Assembly: GCF_000011805.1 (NCBI RefSeq)
Contig: NC_006841.2
DNA from: Aliivibrio fischeri ES114
Lineage (GTDB): Bacteria > Pseudomonadota > Gammaproteobacteria > Enterobacterales > Vibrionaceae
Reading direction: 5' to 3' (one strand)
DNA length: 32,000 nucleotides
The notes below the pieces were generated by a model. That model saw only the letters and a program-made list of their open reading frames with translations, did no database searches and had not been told where the DNA came from. How positions within the stretch are numbered: the first letter of the stretch is position 1; every line of letters starts with the position of its first letter. Positions 27,761-32,000 of this stretch are shown here, piece after piece. A program made the position numbers and the translations under genes.

Positions 27761-29035
27761 TTACATAAGCCATTTCCACCAAACAAAAATAGCTAAAAAT
27801 CCAAATAAATAGATCAAACCAACAATGGATAACGCTTTTAATTTTGCTCCCATTCTTAGTTCATCTGGCAATTCCGTTTTTGTTACTAGAATATAATTCA
27901 GAGCAGCAAAAATCGGTGTTGTAATAAACGCCATGATCATTGCAAAATCTAACATACTCATTAAAGAAGAAATAAACAAAGTAACAATGGTAATCGCCAA
28001 TACAGAAACAATCATAACCCAAGAGTTATAATGTTTTGGCTGATTTAATGGTTTACGCTGTAGCAATAATTGAGCCTCCGATACCGCTCTTGAATAGCCA
28101 TCAATCACCGTAATGGTGCTTCCAAAAATACAGAAAAAGGCGATAACAGCTATCAAATACCGTGACCACTCACCTATTGTTGCAGCATAAATTCCCACTA
28201 ACTGATGGGAAAAACCAATGCCTGATGCTTTGAATTCAATTCCCGAACCGTATAACACCAAAGCTCCTAAAGATAAAAAAACGACAGCAAGAATCGCGGT
28301 TCCAATATAACCAACATTAAAATCAAACAAGGCAGATTGTGGTGTTACCTTTTGAGTTTGACACTGACGCTTTAACCACATAGATGTAATACTTGAGATC
28401 TCGATAGGTGCAGGCATCCACCCCATAGTAATAACCAAAAAACCAATAGACGCAATTGACCAAACCGAAGGACCTTGATAATCAGTAGGAGCAACAGCAC
28501 CATTAGAAAACGCAACACCTAAGGCTATCGTTGTCGCAATCGTTAATGTGGCCATAATTAATTTAGACAGTTTATCTAAGGCTTTAAAATGTCCTGCAAA
28601 TAATATTGTTATACAAGTAATTAGAACAATGCTAGACAACACATTTAAAGAAAGATCAAAAGGTAAAAAATAGCCTAATAAACTTGCGCTAAATAGCAAT
28701 AAAGCTGCGGTATTAACGACAGCTGAAATTGCACTTAATACTAAAAACACCCATAAATAACCTCGTCCTAATTTATGATAGCCTTGAATGATACTGTCCC
28801 CAGTACCAAGGGTATATTGAACTCCAGCTCTGAAGAATGGGTATTTTAGCAAATTAACCGCGAGAATTAGCAGCAACATTTCCCATCCATAGATTGCCCC
28901 AGCCTTGGTTGAAGCCACCAAATGAGACCCACCAACAGCCGCTGCGGCCATCATAATGCCTGGGCCTAACGACCGAGAAAGATCACTTATTTTTAATTTT
29001 GGCTTCATGCCATTTTGTGTACAAGACGGTTCCAT
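27761..29035 (-). CDS. NRAMP-family divalent metal transporter-like protein
   Basis: LGPGIMMAAAAVGGSHLVASTKAGAIYGWEMLLLILAVNLLKYPFFRAG...LGTGDSIIQGY; possible alternative start at 29008 (MKPKLKIS). Confidence 0.8.
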   Translation of the reverse strand: MEPSCTQNGMKPKLKISDLSRSLGPGIMMAAAAVGGSHLVASTKAGAIYGWEMLLLILAVNLLKYPFFRAGVQYTLGTGDSIIQGYHKLGRGYLWVFLVLSAISAVVNTAALLLFSASLLGYFLPFDLSLNVLSSIVLITCITILFAGHFKALDKLSKLIMATLTIATTIALGVAFSNGAVAPTDYQGPSVWSIASIGFLVITMGWMPAPIEISSITSMWLKRQCQTQKVTPQSALFDFNVGYIGTAILAVVFLSLGALVLYGSGIEFKASGIGFSHQLVGIYAATIGEWSRYLIAVIAFFCIFGSTITVIDGYSRAVSEAQLLLQRKPLNQPKHYNSWVMIVSVLAITIVTLFISSLMSMLDFAMIMAFITTPIFAALNYILVTKTELPDELRMGAKLKALSIVGLIYLFGFLAIFVWWKWLM

Positions 29036-29300
29036 ATCTATCCTTTTAATAACAACACTGCCTCACTAACCCTGTGAGCAAGTACAATTTAATTTGAATT
29101 AACAATTAAGTTACATAAAGGCGCGATTTTAATCAATTGCAAAGTAGAGAATTAACCCAAACAATACCGTATCACGACAAATAGTTATTGGAATAACTCA
29201 TTAACCAGCTAATTACATAGAAAAGATTGAGAATAGTGCGAACATCAGTACAATGCGGAAATAACCATTTAATCTCGCACTCATACAGAAGGTCTGTCAC

Positions 29301-29774
29301 TTGGAAAAACATGAAGAAGTTCTGGTCGCTATACGCCAAATAATTCGAGCTATCGATTTACACTCGAAAAAGTTAAGCAAAGAGTATGGGTTAACAGGCC
29401 CTCAACTGATACTCATGCGCGCGATTCAAGAAATGGATAATGTGACAATCAAAGAGCTATCAAAACATACTAATGTAAGCCAAGCGACAACAACGACCAT
29501 CATTGATCGTTTAGAACTTAACGGCTATGTTCAACGAATTCGTAGCGAATCTGACCGTCGTAAAGTTCATGCTCATTTAACGGATAAAGGAAAAGAGTTA
29601 CTGGATAACGCTCCTCTTCCTTTACAAGACAGCTTTGTAAATAAATTTCATAATCTAGAAGCATGGGAACAGAGTCTTCTTTTATCATCGGTACAGCGTG
29701 TATCCGCGATGATGAATGCAGAAGATATCGATGCAGCTCCAGTACTACAACTTGAAGGCATTGCTAAAAGTTAA
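29301..29774 (+). CDS. MarR-family regulator (resembles CosR/EctR compatible-solute regulators)
   Basis: AIRQIIRAIDLHSKKLSKEYGLTGPQLILMRAIQEMDNVTIKELSKHTNVSQATTTTIIDRLELNGYVQRIRSESDRRKVHAHLTDKGKELL. Confidence 0.85.
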   Translation: MEKHEEVLVAIRQIIRAIDLHSKKLSKEYGLTGPQLILMRAIQEMDNVTIKELSKHTNVSQATTTTIIDRLELNGYVQRIRSESDRRKVHAHLTDKGKELLDNAPLPLQDSFVNKFHNLEAWEQSLLLSSVQRVSAMMNAEDIDAAPVLQLEGIAKS

Positions 29775-29804
29775 TAATCGTACAAGTCACTCACTTTCTA
29801 AAAC

Positions 29805-29833
29805 AAAAAGCCTCTTTTTACAGAGGCTTTTTG
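29805..29833 (+). terminator. Rho-independent terminator
   Basis: AAAAAGCCTCTTTTTACAGAGGCTTTTT. Confidence 0.85.
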
Positions 29834-29928
29834 TTGAATCCTAATCAAAAAAATCGACTGATGCATCACTCATCATGCCGTCTTTGTGTAAACTGAACCC
29901 TTGTATTCAAACTCATAAAGAAGTCATT

Positions 29929-30885
29929 ATGGATAACCTCATTACACAGTTATTATTTTCAGCTTCAATAACTGGCCCTATTTGTGTCATGTTGCTATTA
30001 GGTGTTCTACTTAAACGTATCCATCTCATTAATGATAATTTTATTGAAGTTGCATCTAAGTTGGTCTTTCAAGTGACTTTACCAGCCATGCTTTTTTTAA
30101 GTATTGTAAACGCCAAACATGATTTTTCTTCAAGTAGTCACTTAATCATCTATGGGCTTATTGCTAACTTTGTTTTCTTTCTTTTCACGATTTACTCCAC
30201 CCGATTTGCTTTTAAAAACAAGCAAAATCACGGCGTTATTATTCAAGGAGGGTTTCGCGCTAACACAGCGATCATCGCTTTAGCTTATGTGGCTAATGCT
30301 TATGGAAATACTGGCGTTGCACTCGCTGCTATCTATGTCGCTTCAACAACCATTTTATATAATATTCAGGCCGTTATAGCCCTTACACCTAAGAATGAGA
30401 ACAATAAAAAACAAGCTGTTGGGATAATAATAAAAACACTCACTAAAAACCCATTAATTATTTCCATTGTATTAGGTATTATTTGTTCTCTTCTCTCTAT
30501 TCCTGTACCTGGTATGCTTTCACAAGCCGGACAATACTTTGCCAATATGACGCTTCCTTTAGCTTTACTATGTGCCGGAGGTTCACTTAATTTACATTCA
30601 ATGAAAGAAGAGAGTGCTGCTACGTGGTTTGCTACAAGCTATAAACTTATCTTAAGTCCATTATTCATTACGTCAGGAGGGATCCTCGTAGGATTTAGAG
30701 GATTAGAGTTAGGGCTTATTTTCTTTATGAGTGCAGCACCAACAGCTGCAGCAAGTTATGTAATGGCTAGAGCAATGGGGGGAAATGCAATATTAGCGGC
30801 AAACATTATCGCTCAAACAACCGTAGCCTCACTGTTTACTTGCACTCTAGGTATATTTGTTTTGTCATCATTTAATCTAATTTAA
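29929..30885 (+). CDS. AEC-family (auxin efflux carrier) transporter
   Basis: About 10 hydrophobic segments; LLGVLLKRIHLINDNFIEVASKLVFQVTLPAMLFLSI...GGFRANTAIIALAYVANAYG. ATG 29929 preferred over 29875. Confidence 0.82.
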   Translation: MDNLITQLLFSASITGPICVMLLLGVLLKRIHLINDNFIEVASKLVFQVTLPAMLFLSIVNAKHDFSSSSHLIIYGLIANFVFFLFTIYSTRFAFKNKQNHGVIIQGGFRANTAIIALAYVANAYGNTGVALAAIYVASTTILYNIQAVIALTPKNENNKKQAVGIIIKTLTKNPLIISIVLGIICSLLSIPVPGMLSQAGQYFANMTLPLALLCAGGSLNLHSMKEESAATWFATSYKLILSPLFITSGGILVGFRGLELGLIFFMSAAPTAAASYVMARAMGGNAILAANIIAQTTVASLFTCTLGIFVLSSFNLI

Positions 30886-31010
30886 TAAATTTTTTGGAAA
30901 ATGAAAAAACAGTATCCTATATATAGTAATACCAACATCGTTAATGTGATGCTCAATTATTACTGATGTTGGTACAATGTATCTACTATTGTTTTAGTTA
31001 ATATCACGTT

Positions 31011-31051
31011 TTTCCAGAGAAGTTTCCCCTTAAGTTCTCTGGAATTTTTTT
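31011..31051. terminator. Bidirectional Rho-independent terminator
   Basis: TTCCAGAGAA (31012-31021) pairs with TTCTCTGGAA (31035-31044), T/A tracts on both sides. Confidence 0.8.
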
Positions 31052-31056
31052 GTCTA

Positions 31057-32000
31057 TTATAACGTGTAGCGAACACCAAAAGTGAACGCGATATCAGTCG
31101 AGTTATCCATATTTATTGCATTTTCAATAACAGAAAACTCAAACGCGGCCTTCTCCAATAAATAACGGTAACCTAAAACATATTCATGTGAGGACTCTGA
31201 AAAATCATCACTATCATCAACCATACCTTCATAGTTATGATAAGAAGTAACAATATGATGCGATGGTGTAATGGCGTAACCATAACCAATAGCGAAAGCG
31301 AACGTATTTTCTTTATACGGTAACTCATTAATCACCGCATCATCATGAAAAGTGACTCCAAGCGTGGAAAAAATAGCGTGTTTCCCATAGTTAAAGCTGT
31401 AGTTTGCCTGTAAGCCTTGTTCAAAAGCCTCTCTTTTAAAATGACCACTATTCACCTTATTAAAATATAAACTAGCGCCTAAACTCACTGCATTATGTTC
31501 ATTGGCAAACAATTGATATTCTAAATAGCTATGAAGTGCACTTGATAATGTCTCGTTTTCAAAATCTTGAATATCCACCCCATACTTAGGCACCGAGATT
31601 GAAAATTGATCATCTTCGACTTCATCTCTTCCATTTTGGCCAATGCCAAAAAAGTCATGGAAACCATAAACAAAAGAATCCAGCCTATTGTTCCCCGCGT
31701 AGTTATATTGATATTTTAACTCCGCTTTAAATTTAGAGGTGATTTGCCATTGTGCTCCAGTGACTATTTGGTTTTGATAGTAATCCATACTGAAACTTTC
31801 TGAATGAGCCCAAACACTAGAAATGGTACCAGTAGCAAACAGCTCTACAGAATCGTCTTTCATAGCAAAAGCAGAACGAAGCTCTGTCGTTAAGCTATTG
31901 GATTGTATTGGAGACTGAGCGTAAGTTTTTAATGGCGTGACAGCAGTATCAGCCTGTACCCAAGAAGAAGACAGACCAACTATGGTTGGAATTAAAGTCA
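31057..32000 (-). CDS. Exported beta-barrel-like protein (possibly DUF3187), truncated by the right window edge
   Basis: Track ORF begins at 31863, but the frame stays open to the edge: TLIPTIVGLSSSWVQADTAVTPLKTYAQSPIQSNSLTTELRSAFAMKDDSVELFATG..., i.e. a signal peptide; alternating amphipathic strands and terminal FGVRYTL. Confidence 0.7.
   Translation of the reverse strand, partial: TLIPTIVGLSSSWVQADTAVTPLKTYAQSPIQSNSLTTELRSAFAMKDDSVELFATGTISSVWAHSESFSMDYYQNQIVTGAQWQITSKFKAELKYQYNYAGNNRLDSFVYGFHDFFGIGQNGRDEVEDDQFSISVPKYGVDIQDFENETLSSALHSYLEYQLFANEHNAVSLGASLYFNKVNSGHFKREAFEQGLQANYSFNYGKHAIFSTLGVTFHDDAVINELPYKENTFAFAIGYGYAITPSHHIVTSYHNYEGMVDDSDDFSESSHEYVLGYRYLLEKAAFEFSVIENAINMDNSTDIAFTFGVRYTL

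Noticed and set aside
1-32000. Anti-phage defence, toxin-antitoxin, CRISPR, integron or prophage content
   Set aside because: No nuclease, helicase, RT, Cas, toxin/antitoxin, integrase or transposase motifs seen in any listed ORF, and no regularly spaced direct repeats noticed.

Overview
The window reads as an ordinary gamma-proteobacterial (Vibrio/Aliivibrio-like, AT-rich) chromosomal segment with about 27 protein genes. I see no CRISPR array, tRNA/rRNA, transposase, integrase or phage module. The left end matches the 3' end of the symbiosis-polysaccharide (syp) cluster: the end of an upstream gene, a GT2 glycosyltransferase (sypQ-like) and an undecaprenyl-phosphate sugar transferase (sypR-like), followed by a GAF-GGDEF(degenerate)-EAL protein (binA-like). 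The rest is: DUF1415 protein + glutaredoxin, a YgiW/YdeI-type OB-fold protein, ybbP/ybbA-type ABC exporter, tesA-like esterase, maoP/hdfR divergent pair, MgtE-type Mg transporter, LysR // old yellow enzyme + betaine-binding-like protein, SulP + tandem-USP operon, MerR regulator, GNAT, EamA, 3D-domain lipoprotein, PhoX-like phosphatase, small exported orphan, tandem DUF1254/DUF1214 proteins // LysR, NRAMP-like transporter // MarR, AEC transporter, and an edge-truncated exported barrel-like protein. I do not see a convincing new multi-gene system. The best leads are: (1) the apparent non-coding, repeat/hairpin-rich leader and missing N-terminus at the mgtE-like gene; (2) the old yellow enzyme translationally overlapped with a solitary, signal-less glycine-betaine-binding-like protein under a divergent LysR with a strong dyad; (3) two tandem exported DUF1254/DUF1214 paralogs with a divergent LysR and a perfect palindrome; (4) a MerR-type 19-bp-spacer promoter; and (5) the sulP 5' leader. 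All family names are from my recognition of protein motifs; no database search was run.
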